From positions 4,284-36,283 of the forward strand of contig JBEKOE010000014.1 of NCBI GenBank assembly GCA_049522075.1: 32,000 nucleotides of DNA. Direction: 5' to 3'. A program made the position numbers and the translations under genes. The notes under the pieces are model-generated. The model saw only the letters and a program-made list of their open reading frames with translations. It had not been told where the DNA came from and ran no database searches. Shown piece by piece: positions 8,357 to 16,717 of the stretch. Position 1 is the first letter of the stretch. Every line of letters begins with the position of its first letter. This stretch comes from Candidatus Acidiferrum sp. GTDB taxonomy: Bacteria; Acidobacteriota; Terriglobia; Acidiferrales; UBA7541.

Positions 8357-9289
8357 TCAGCGGGGCCAGACGCCGGCGGTGAAGGATTTGACGGTGGAAA
8401 AGCCGAGGCGTTCGTAGAGATGGACGGCGGTGTGATTTTCCGAGGTGACGGTCAGCGTGAGTTCCGTGAACTTGAGGGCGCGCAGGGCTTCCGCCGCCGT
8501 CAGCATGAGAAGACGCCCGAGGCCGTGGCCCTGAAATCCCGGCATGACGCAAATCTGGGTGGTGTGGCCGACGCCGGCCGAAACTTCGCTGGTGAGGACA
8601 GCGCCCACCAAGTCTTCGCTGCCGGGATGGCGCAGGACGAATGAGGCGTTGGGCACGAACTGGCCACAGCCGGGCAGGAGAATAATGTTCTTCAGGAATT
8701 TCAGCGCGCCGTGCTGCGAGCGGTACTGATCATTGATATCGCCATCCACGTGATTCGCATAGGCCAGATAGATCAGCTTGGCGCATGACTCCATGTAGCG
8801 ATCATTCCAGCGATCCAGGCGTAAACCGGAGTTGATGCTCGGCGCACTTTCGGACTTCTTCAGCAGGTCAAAGAGCATGAATTGCCGTGTGTGCAGCCGG
8901 AATCCCTGGTCGCGCAGCGCGTCTTCCACGGGCCCGCCGAAAGGCATGAGTTGAGCTTCGATGCGCTGCAATTGGGGCAGCGCGCGCATGGAGAATAGCA
9001 TTTCATCCAGAAGACGCCGGCCGATGGGCTCCTGATCGCAACTCGGCGAGACAAACAGGTCGCCAATCAGCCCTTTGTGATCCTCCAGCACGTAAAAGGC
9101 ATAGCCCACCGCGATGCCGTGGTCAAAGGCCACGCAGCCGGAAAGAGCGTGCGCCTCCAAAAAGCGCTTGATGAGGTCGGTCGCGCTGCGGTAGTCCCAA
9201 TGAAGGTCCTCGCGCCAATGGCGAGCTTCTTCGAGCAGCAGAGGCTCGATTTGGCGGACAGTCGTCTGGCGCAAGTCAACGATGTTCAT
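8357..9289 (-). CDS. GNAT-family N-acetyltransferase (two-lobed, ~310 aa)
   Basis: ORF 8357..9391 (-). I start at ATG 9287-9289 (MNIVDLRQ...). The C-terminal lobe has an acetyl-CoA-binding-type motif, ICVMPGFQGHGLGRLLM...LTVTSENHTAVHLYERLGF. The N-terminal lobe (GYAFYVLEDHKGLIGDLFV) looks like a second, degenerate GNAT fold. Confidence 0.8.
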   Translation of the reverse strand: MNIVDLRQTTVRQIEPLLLEEARHWREDLHWDYRSATDLIKRFLEAHALSGCVAFDHGIAVGYAFYVLEDHKGLIGDLFVSPSCDQEPIGRRLLDEMLFSMRALPQLQRIEAQLMPFGGPVEDALRDQGFRLHTRQFMLFDLLKKSESAPSINSGLRLDRWNDRYMESCAKLIYLAYANHVDGDINDQYRSQHGALKFLKNIILLPGCGQFVPNASFVLRHPGSEDLVGAVLTSEVSAGVGHTTQICVMPGFQGHGLGRLLMLTAAEALRALKFTELTLTVTSENHTAVHLYERLGFSTVKSFTAGVWPR

Positions 9290-9514
9290 GGATAGGGCGG
9301 CAGAGTGTCCCCCAGCCCAGTAGCCATAATATCCGATTCGGTGCGTGGACCGCCAAATACGAAGCGACGGGGCGATACGAATCGGGCACATGGGGAAGAG
9401 ATGAAAAGGGAGGGGTGCGAAAGCGCATGTTAGGATGCGGCTGTAGCCTGAGCAACGGCTGGGAAAGAAAAGTGAGGCGGCCGTCCAGCAGACCAGCCCT
9501 GAAGCCCAAAGCCC

Positions 9515-10516
9515 ATGTCGATCCTGTACGAACTGCGCTATCCAACACGTTGGTACATGAAACTTTTGACCGTGATTCTGGCGCTGGTGTTTTTTGCCGC
9601 CATCGCCACGGTGGTCATTTCCGGGGTGCTGATCTACTGGATTGTGAAGCCGCAGCGCACGAGTTCAGAGATCAATATGGAGAGTTTTCCGGGGCGTCCC
9701 GATGAAATGGACTTTACGGTGGCGGGCCTGGGCACCCGCAAGGGCTGGTTCTTCCCCGGGTTGCGGGGGGCGCCGACAATCATTCTTTGCCACGGCTATC
9801 AATCCAGCCGGGGCGAATTGCTCACGTTGGTTTCCGCGCTGCAGGACCACCAGTACAACGCGTTCGTATTTGATTTTGCGGCCCATGGCGGGAATGACGG
9901 CTTGACCACGTTCGGCTATCGCGAGTCGGACGAAGTGCGCGCCGCCATCGATACATTGGCCACACGAAATGACGTGGACGCCGAGCGATTCGGCTTGTGG
10001 GGCTACAATCTGGGCGCGTACGCTGCGCTGCGCGAGGCGGAGAAGGACCCTCGCGTGCAGGCGCTGGTGCTCGATTCCGTCTACGACAACCCGAAACAGA
10101 TGGTGAAGATCGGCGTGGAAAAGACCGGCGTGGGCGGATTCCCGCTGATGGTGAGGTCCGCGCAAACGAGTTTTGAGTGGCTGAACTACGCTTACAAGAA
10201 TGATCCGCCGCTTTCCGCAAAGCTGAAACGCATGTCTGACGTGCCGATCCTGTTTATCGGCGCAGCGGATGATCCGGAACTCGCCGCGATAACGCGTGAG
10301 ATGTTCTTGAAGGCGGGCGAGCCGCGCGAACAGGCCATTGTGGCGCACGGGAATTTTGTGAACCTGCCGGATGACGAGAAGCGTATGTACGAAAATCGCG
10401 TGGTGACGTTTTTCCTAACGCGGCTGCCGATCACGAGTGTCGAGCCCGCCCCGGTCAAGCCCGCCCCCAAGGCTGCTGCCCCCAAGAGTGCTCCCGTCAA
10501 CCCCGTTGCTCACTGA
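9515..10516 (+). CDS. Membrane-anchored alpha/beta-hydrolase-fold protein with Asn in place of the nucleophile Ser; Pro/Ala/Lys-rich C-terminal tail
   Basis: TM helix LLTVILALVFFAAIATVVISGVLIYWIV; alpha/beta-fold blocks ILCHGYQSS, FDFAAHGGNDG, nucleophile elbow LWGYNLGAYA (G-Y-N-L-G), LFIGAADDP, VAHGNF. The start is ambiguous (ATG 9515 or ATG 9557, MKLLT...). Confidence 0.75.
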   Translation: MSILYELRYPTRWYMKLLTVILALVFFAAIATVVISGVLIYWIVKPQRTSSEINMESFPGRPDEMDFTVAGLGTRKGWFFPGLRGAPTIILCHGYQSSRGELLTLVSALQDHQYNAFVFDFAAHGGNDGLTTFGYRESDEVRAAIDTLATRNDVDAERFGLWGYNLGAYAALREAEKDPRVQALVLDSVYDNPKQMVKIGVEKTGVGGFPLMVRSAQTSFEWLNYAYKNDPPLSAKLKRMSDVPILFIGAADDPELAAITREMFLKAGEPREQAIVAHGNFVNLPDDEKRMYENRVVTFFLTRLPITSVEPAPVKPAPKAAAPKSAPVNPVAH

Positions 10517-12169
10517 GTCTTCGCGCTGAACTTTGTAGACGAACCAACCGCTCGTTTGGAGTTCGAGCGGATCGGTCGAGCATGTCCACGGCGGTTTCAC
10601 CACGAATCTGCAAGGCTTGGAAGACTGCAATAGGTAGCCTTCTTTCGGTTGATCTGAATCCCACGATTGAATCTCGTTGCGCAAGTAGAAGCTGAGGCTG
10701 AATTGCTGACCGCGTGGCATTGCCGTTACGAAAGTTTGCTCTGGCGGGATCTGCGCGGCGCGCAGTTCTTGCGCGATGGTTTTCCCAGAGGGGTCATAAC
10801 GCAGAAATAATGGCGCCAAATGATTGAAGAAAAGGAGAAGAGCGAGAATCGGAACCACGCAGAGCGAGGACAGAGCGAGTGTGGTTTGCTTTGCGTTTTT
10901 CTTGGCAGCCAAGACCAAGTTTGCGAGACCAAAGAGCAGCATGATCCATCCTGCTCCCGTGGCCGCACTCGCCGTGAATCGATTAGCGCCGAAGTGCAAG
11001 GACCAAAGCACTGGGGCCACAAGGACAATTGGAATGGCCCCGCCGAGTATGAGCAAGCGAAACGTCCACCCCTCTTGCGGAACGAGGCGCACGTAGGCTC
11101 TGGAAAGAAGGAGACCGACAAGAGGCATGGCGGGGAGGATGTAGCCGGGCAGCTTGGATTTGGAGATGGAGAAGAATACGAGACAGAAGATGACCCAGCA
11201 AACGGCGAGGAGCGTGGCGTCGGAGGGGCGACGTTGCGGCCACACGCGCAAAGCCCCATGGAGGGCGGACCAGACCAGCGCCAGGGTCCATGGGGCGAAG
11301 GCGATGAGGAGTACAGGAACGAAAAACCAGCAAGGCTGGATGTGCTGGAATTCGGGGGTGAGGTAGCGTTTGAAATTGTGCTCGATGATGAAGATGCGGA
11401 AGAAATCGGGATTGCGACGGGAACAAAGGATGTACCAGGGGAGGGCGGTAAGACAGAAGCTGGCAATGGCTACCGGGTGGAGGCAGCGGAAGGCGTCACG
11501 CCAGCGTCTGGTGAGTGCCGCCCACAACAGAACGCCACCGCCGGGAAGAACGATGGCGGCGGGACCCTTCGCGAGCGTGGCGAGGCCGAGGAAAAAGCCG
11601 AAGAAAATCAAGGCGAGCCACGTCGTTCGCTGGACGGGCGGCGATTGTTGGTTGCGGGTGAGGCCCAGGATGATGGCCGCAAAGACCAGCGCAATGGTGA
11701 GCGCGCCGGCGAAGGGCATGTCCGTGGCGGCGGCGTGCGAAAAGCCGATCATGCCCACGGTGGTGGGAAGAAGAAGCAGCAACCAGCGCGCGGTCCACGG
11801 ACCATAGACACGCCAGGCCAGCCACGCCATGGCCAGGGTAGCGAGCAGCGCCGCGAAGGCGCTGGGAAAACGCGCCGCGGCATCGGTTACCCCGAAGAGT
11901 TTGAAGCTGAGCGCCGCGCCCCAGTATAGAAGGACTGGCTTTTCAAACCAGGGCTTGCCGTAGAGGCGTGGCGTAACCCAGTCGCCGGATTCGTGCATTT
12001 CGCGGGCAATCCAGGCGTAGCGCGGCTCATCTGGCCCCACAAGGCCGATGGCGCTTAAATTGTGGAAATAGCAGAGATAGAGTGTGGCGATAATGAGGAC
12101 AAGCCAGAGGGCGCGCGCGGCCATCGAGAGGGAATCGCCATCACGGCTGGAGTTGTCAGTTTGTGTCAC
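10415..12169 (-). CDS. GT39/ArnT-like (PMT_2) polyprenyl-phosphate-sugar-dependent glycosyltransferase, polytopic membrane protein
   Basis: 584-aa ORF with many hydrophobic helices. The N-terminal loop GPDEPRYAWIAREMHESGDWVTPRLYGKPWFEKPVLLYW is typical of ArnT/PMT-type GT-C enzymes. Start is GTG 12169 or ATG 12124. The 3' end overlaps the convergent gene by 102 nt. Confidence 0.85.
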   Translation of the reverse strand: MTQTDNSSRDGDSLSMAARALWLVLIIATLYLCYFHNLSAIGLVGPDEPRYAWIAREMHESGDWVTPRLYGKPWFEKPVLLYWGAALSFKLFGVTDAAARFPSAFAALLATLAMAWLAWRVYGPWTARWLLLLLPTTVGMIGFSHAAATDMPFAGALTIALVFAAIILGLTRNQQSPPVQRTTWLALIFFGFFLGLATLAKGPAAIVLPGGGVLLWAALTRRWRDAFRCLHPVAIASFCLTALPWYILCSRRNPDFFRIFIIEHNFKRYLTPEFQHIQPCWFFVPVLLIAFAPWTLALVWSALHGALRVWPQRRPSDATLLAVCWVIFCLVFFSISKSKLPGYILPAMPLVGLLLSRAYVRLVPQEGWTFRLLILGGAIPIVLVAPVLWSLHFGANRFTASAATGAGWIMLLFGLANLVLAAKKNAKQTTLALSSLCVVPILALLLFFNHLAPLFLRYDPSGKTIAQELRAAQIPPEQTFVTAMPRGQQFSLSFYLRNEIQSWDSDQPKEGYLLQSSKPCRFVVKPPWTCSTDPLELQTSGWFVYKVQREDSVSNGVDGSTLGGSSLGGGLDRGGLDTRDRQPR

Positions 12170-12192
12170 GGGTCGTTGGCTCTAAAATCAAA

Positions 12193-12365
12193 CAAGTTGC
12201 TGAAAAAACCGGAGAAGGCTTTCTTCAGGGGCTTCCGCCAAAAATCGGCGGACGCAGAGGGCGCGAAAGCCCATTCGCTTCGGGAGCTTTACGCCGGGGC
12301 CCTTCGAACCTCAGGGTGAACTGAAGCCCCGGCCTCCCAAAGAGAAAGTCTTCTTCAGCAGCTTG
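12193..12365. repeat. MITE-like structured element bounded by ~18-bp imperfect inverted repeats
   Basis: Left arm caagttgctgaaaaaacc (12193-12210) versus the reverse complement of the right arm gtcttcttcagcagcttg (12348-12365) gives 14/18 matches. Internal hairpins: ctgaaaaaa...tttcttcag (12200-12228), ccgcc-aaaaatc-ggcgg, gggc-gcgaaa-gccc, ccggggc...gccccgg. It lies in the divergent GT39 / acyltransferase intergenic region. Confidence 0.35.
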
Positions 12366-12432
12366 CTAAGTGTATCTTGGAATGGTGCAAGTCCGTCATA
12401 CTGGCGCGAAAGGACGGGGATACTTAGCACTG

Positions 12433-13341
12433 ATGAAGGAATGGCTGCAATATGCGGTGGCGTGGAGCGCGGTTAAGACGCTAGGCCTCCTGCCGCGACC
12501 GATGGCGCGAAGCGTCGCGGCAGCAGGGGCACGCCTGCTGCTCGTGGCGCGGCCCAAATTGCGCAAGACTGCGGAGTCTAATTTGCGGCTGGCGTTTCCC
12601 GATTGGACAGACGTGCAGCGCCACGAAGTCTTGCGCAAGATGACCCGCAATCTGGGGTGGATGGCCGCGGAGTTCGCGCGATTTCCGAAGTACACTCGTG
12701 AAAATATCGAGCAGGTCGTCATCCTGGATGGGCATGAGAATTTTCTTGCGGGGCAGAGCCGCAGCAAGGGTGTGCTCTACCTCACCGGCCACATCGGCGC
12801 TTGGGAACTTTCCTCGTTTGCGCACGCGCTTTACGGCTACCCGCTGCATTACATGGCGCGACCGCTGGATAACGAGCCGCTGGACCGCATGGTGAATCAC
12901 TACCGGGGGCTTTCGGGGAACCTGCCGATCTTCAAGAACGAATCGGCGCGCGTGATGCTAAGGGTGCTGAAGGAGACTGGTACGATCGGCATCCTTGCGG
13001 ACCAAAACACCATGCCGGAGGAGGGGGCGTTCGTGGATTTTTTTGGCACCCCGGCTTGTACAACGACTGGAATCGCGCGCGTGGCGCTGCACACGGATGC
13101 CGCGGTGGTGCCGGGCTACGCTTATTGGGATGAAAATCTTCGCAAGTACCGCTTGCGCTTCGAACCGCAAGTGGAATTGGTGCGTACGGAAGATCCCGAG
13201 CGCGACATTCTGGAAAACACCAGACGGTTTACCAAAGTGATCGAGGAGATCATCCGCAAGCATCCCGAGCAGTGGGTGTGGGTGCATGCGAGATGGAAGA
13301 ACCGGCCGCAGGGTGAACCGCCTTTGTATGACTTTTTATGA
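12433..13341 (+). CDS. LpxL/HtrB-family lipid A (Kdo2-lipid IVA) late acyltransferase / lysophospholipid acyltransferase family
   Basis: ORF 12370..13341. I start at ATG 12433 (MKEWLQYAVAWSAVKTLGLLP, an N-terminal anchor typical of the family). Catalytic HX4(D/E) motif LTGHIGAWEL; ILADQN; PEQWVWVHARWK near the C-terminus. Confidence 0.8.
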   Translation: MKEWLQYAVAWSAVKTLGLLPRPMARSVAAAGARLLLVARPKLRKTAESNLRLAFPDWTDVQRHEVLRKMTRNLGWMAAEFARFPKYTRENIEQVVILDGHENFLAGQSRSKGVLYLTGHIGAWELSSFAHALYGYPLHYMARPLDNEPLDRMVNHYRGLSGNLPIFKNESARVMLRVLKETGTIGILADQNTMPEEGAFVDFFGTPACTTTGIARVALHTDAAVVPGYAYWDENLRKYRLRFEPQVELVRTEDPERDILENTRRFTKVIEEIIRKHPEQWVWVHARWKNRPQGEPPLYDFL

Positions 13342-13389
13342 AGAGCAGAGAACCGCTATGTTGAAGCAACAGCAGAGGAGAAGCGGGCA

Positions 13390-14406
13390 ATGAAAAGCAC
13401 AGCGAGAGATGTGGCTCAAGCCGTTGGAGCGAAGGTGGAAGGTGATGGATCGTGGGAATTGACCGGTGTGGCCGCACCGGAGCGAGCGGGGTCGCACGAT
13501 TTGATTTACGTCGAAACGGCAAAGCATGCGGAGCGCGCGGTGGCTTCGGCAGCCGCTTGCGTCGTGGCGGGGGAGGGAATTGCCCTGCCGGGGAAGACGG
13601 TGCTACGCAGTGCGCAGCCCAAGGTGGCGTTTGCAAAGGCGGCGGCAATCCTGTTGGAGCGGCGGCCGATTGCGAGCGGAATCCACCCGACGGCGATTGT
13701 AGCGCCGCTGGCCCGGGTCGCGACGAGCGCGAGCATCGGAGCGTATGCGGTGATCGGCGAGAATGCACACATTGGAGAGGGCACGCAGATCGGGGCGCAC
13801 TGCGTGATTGGCGCAGGATGCTGGATCGGCGAAGATTGCCGCGTGCACCCGCACGTTACACTGTATGCCGGGGTGCGATTGGGAAGCCGCGCGGAGATTC
13901 ACGCGGGAGCCGTCATCGGCGCCGATGGATTCGGGTATGCGTTTGATGGAGAGCGATACTGGAAATTTCCGCAGGCAGGGATCGTGGAGATTGGCGAGGA
14001 TGTTGAGATTGGAGCGAATACGACGGTGGACCGCGGTTCGCTGGATGACACGCGTATCGGCGCGGGTGTGAAGCTGGACAATCTGGTGCACGTGGGCCAC
14101 AACGTCCAGATCGGCGAGCACACCGTGATTGCGGCGCAGACGGGCATTTCGGGCTCCTGCAAGCTGGGGCATCACGTGGTCTGCGGCGGACAAGTGGGCA
14201 TGGGGGAACATTGCACGTTAGAGGATCGAGTGATCGCTGGGGGGCAGGCGGGGATTCTAAATGGCAAGACCGTCCGGAGTGGGGAAACAGTTTGGGGAAC
14301 GCCGGCGCGGCCACTGGAAAAGTTCAAAGAGCAATATGCGCGGTTCGCACGGCTGCCGGAGTTGGCGGAGCGCGTCAAGAAGCTGGAGACTCGCCGGAAC
14401 CTTTAG
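13390..14406 (+). CDS. lpxD: UDP-3-O-acylglucosamine N-acyltransferase
   Basis: 338 aa. LpxD-type N-terminal domain ([19 protein letters not shown]..., AACVVA), followed by a long left-handed beta-helix of hexapeptide repeats (IHPTAIVAP...[44 protein letters not shown]...) and a C-terminal helix. Confidence 0.9.
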   Translation: MKSTARDVAQAVGAKVEGDGSWELTGVAAPERAGSHDLIYVETAKHAERAVASAAACVVAGEGIALPGKTVLRSAQPKVAFAKAAAILLERRPIASGIHPTAIVAPLARVATSASIGAYAVIGENAHIGEGTQIGAHCVIGAGCWIGEDCRVHPHVTLYAGVRLGSRAEIHAGAVIGADGFGYAFDGERYWKFPQAGIVEIGEDVEIGANTTVDRGSLDDTRIGAGVKLDNLVHVGHNVQIGEHTVIAAQTGISGSCKLGHHVVCGGQVGMGEHCTLEDRVIAGGQAGILNGKTVRSGETVWGTPARPLEKFKEQYARFARLPELAERVKKLETRRNL

Positions 14407-14499
14407 AGGCAATGGGACATCGAATTCTGGGTAGGACTACCGGGGTGCAATAGTGCCACTTTGCGACAACTCGGGGTCTGAACGGCGGCATCTTATTCG

Positions 14500-14528
14500 T
14501 TGACCGATTTTCCGGGGACAGGGATAAT
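14500..14528 (+). promoter_or_regulatory. Putative sigma70-type promoter for the hopanoid operon
   Basis: TTGACC (14500-14505), a 17-nt spacer, then GATAAT (14523-14528), about 140 nt upstream of the shc ATG. This is the only near-consensus -35/-10 pair I see in the 260-bp lpxD-shc gap. Confidence 0.4.
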
Positions 14529-14666
14529 GGGTACTGCACGTACCGGAGTATTGATTTTCTAGGGTGGTTTTTTGGAAGTGTAAGGCAATAGGGAAGTTAG
14601 CTAAGCTGCTGCTTGCGGCTTAGGATCTTTGGGGGGGTTGTACGTTTCGCTCGAGGGGGAGCCGAG

Positions 14667-16709
14667 ATGGGGTCGTATGTTCGTCTGGGGGAGGAGTTGC
14701 CAGTCGCGCCTGCGCCTGCACCATGGCGGCAGGAGACTTGGGCAGAGCAGGTTGAGAAGGCCGTAGAGAGCGGCACAGAGTATCTCCTGTCCATCCAAGC
14801 TGAGGAAGGGTATTGGCACGGCGAACTCGAAGCCGACACCACCCTCGAATCCGATTACATCTACTACCTTCACGTACTCGATAAGGCCGATCCGGCGCGC
14901 ATCGCCAAGCTGGCCAACTATGTCCGGCGGAAGCAAATGGATGATGGCGGTTGGCCGATTTATCCCGGCGGCACGTCGGAACTTAACGCCACTTCAAAGG
15001 CTTATTTCGCACTAAAGCTGGCAGGGGATTCTCCCGACGCGCCGCACATGGTGAAGGCGCGCGAGGTTGTGCACCGCTTGGGTGGATTGGAACACACGAA
15101 TTCCTACGTGCGTTTTTATCTGGCGCTGGTGGGAGCGGTGGGCTGGGAGCTGGTGCCAGCGATTCCGCCGGAACTGGTGCTGTTGCCGAGCTGGTTCTAT
15201 TTCAATATTTACGAGATGTCTTCGTGGACACGCGGGATCGTAATTCCGATGGCGATATTGTCGTCGGTGCGGCCGGAGTTTCGCCTGCCAGAACACGCGC
15301 GGGTGGACGAACTGTTCAAGGATCCCACGCAGAAGACGGCGGCATTCAACTGGAGCAAGCAGATACTCTCCTGGAAGAACCTGTTTCTGGCGGTCGATCG
15401 CGGGTTGAAGCTGTACGAAAAACTGCCGTGGAAACCGCTGCGGCAAAAGGCCATCAAGGAAGCCAAGCAATGGATGCTGGAGCACATGGAGAGGACCGAG
15501 GGGCTCGCGGCCATCTATCCCTCGATGATGAACTCGATTTTTGCGCTGATGGCGCTGGGGCATGGACCGGAAGATCCGCTGACGTGGCGGGAGATTAAGG
15601 AATTTTCACGGTTTGAAATCGAGGAAGGCGACACCATTCGACTGCAGCCTTGCGTTTCCCCGGTGTGGGATACGTGCATCGCGATGGTGGCTCTTGAAGA
15701 GGCGGGCTTACCGGCGGATCATCCGGCGTTGGTGAAGGCGGCGGACTGGATCCTGACAAAACAAGTTTTGGGCAAGGGAGATTGGCAGGTCAAGAACAAG
15801 GAAGCCGAGCCGGGCGGCTGGGCGTTTGAGTTCCGCAACGATTTTTATCCCGACGTGGATGACACTGCGTTCGTGTTGATGGCGCTGCAGCGGGTGAAAT
15901 TCCCCGACGAAAAGAGGATGGAAGCAGCGATGCGCCGGGGAATCCAGTGGCTGCTGAGCATGCAGAACCGCGATGGCGGCTGGGGCGCTTTTGATCGCGA
16001 TAATGACCGACAGATCCTGTGCAACATTCCGTTCGCGGACCACAACGCCATGATCGATCCTTCCACGGCGGACGTGACCGCGCGGGTGGTGGAATGCCTG
16101 GGGCGGTTTGGGTGGCCCGGCGATCATCCGGTAGTTCACAAGGCCGTGCAGTTCCTGATAAAAGATCAGAGCAAGGACGGATCGTGGTTCGGGCGCTGGG
16201 GCGTGAATTATGTGTACGGTACAAGCGGGGTATTGCGAGCGCTGGAGACCGTGTCGCTGACGGCGCAAGATTATTGCGTGCGGGCTGTCGCCTGGCTGCG
16301 CCAGGTGCAGAAGGCCGATGGGAGCTTTGGCGAGTCGCTGCGCAGCTATGAGGTCGTCTCCAGCAAAGCGCAGGGCAATAGCACGCCATCGCAAACCGCC
16401 TGGGGATTGATTGGATTGCTTGCCGGCGCGGATCCCGACGATCCGGCGATTGCGCGTGCCGCCGCGTATCTGGTGCAGCAACAGAATGCCAACGGTTCCT
16501 GGAGCGAAGAGGATTTTACCGGCACGGGCTTCCCCGGCGTGTTTTATCTGAAATACCACCTCTACAAGCACTCTTTCCCAGTGTACGCGCTGGCTCGTTA
16601 TCGCAATCAGGCCAGCCGCGCGCAGGAGTATTGCGCCGTTAAATTCCGGCCTGGCGAATTCCGCGCGCGCCGCGGGCTGTATTCCGCGCGCGAGCGTAGC
16701 GCATCCTAA
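14667..16709 (+). CDS. shc: Squalene-hopene cyclase
   Basis: ORF 14613..16709. ATG 14667 is preceded by GGGGGAG. Motifs: DVDDTA (the DxDD protonation motif) and multiple QW-type repeats (KQMDDGGWPIY, MQNRDGGWGAF, QSKDGSWFGRWG, QKADGSFGES, QNANGSWSEE). Confidence 0.95.
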   Translation: MGSYVRLGEELPVAPAPAPWRQETWAEQVEKAVESGTEYLLSIQAEEGYWHGELEADTTLESDYIYYLHVLDKADPARIAKLANYVRRKQMDDGGWPIYPGGTSELNATSKAYFALKLAGDSPDAPHMVKAREVVHRLGGLEHTNSYVRFYLALVGAVGWELVPAIPPELVLLPSWFYFNIYEMSSWTRGIVIPMAILSSVRPEFRLPEHARVDELFKDPTQKTAAFNWSKQILSWKNLFLAVDRGLKLYEKLPWKPLRQKAIKEAKQWMLEHMERTEGLAAIYPSMMNSIFALMALGHGPEDPLTWREIKEFSRFEIEEGDTIRLQPCVSPVWDTCIAMVALEEAGLPADHPALVKAADWILTKQVLGKGDWQVKNKEAEPGGWAFEFRNDFYPDVDDTAFVLMALQRVKFPDEKRMEAAMRRGIQWLLSMQNRDGGWGAFDRDNDRQILCNIPFADHNAMIDPSTADVTARVVECLGRFGWPGDHPVVHKAVQFLIKDQSKDGSWFGRWGVNYVYGTSGVLRALETVSLTAQDYCVRAVAWLRQVQKADGSFGESLRSYEVVSSKAQGNSTPSQTAWGLIGLLAGADPDDPAIARAAAYLVQQQNANGSWSEEDFTGTGFPGVFYLKYHLYKHSFPVYALARYRNQASRAQEYCAVKFRPGEFRARRGLYSARERSAS

Positions 16710-16717
16710 GCAAAACA

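Noticed and set aside
10820-11929. 369-aa plus-strand ORF and its neighbours (10726..11466 -, 11370..11807 +) inside the GT39 gene
   Set aside because: The opposite strand and frame encode a coherent polytopic membrane protein with an ArnT/PMT signature. These ORFs are E/G/R-rich or P/S-rich with no motifs, consistent with shadow ORFs.
13250-14314. Minus-strand ORFs 13250..13768, 13603..14211 and 13913..14314 across lpxD
   Set aside because: They are Pro/Arg/Ser-rich shadows of the hexapeptide-repeat gene. lpxD on the plus strand is unambiguous.
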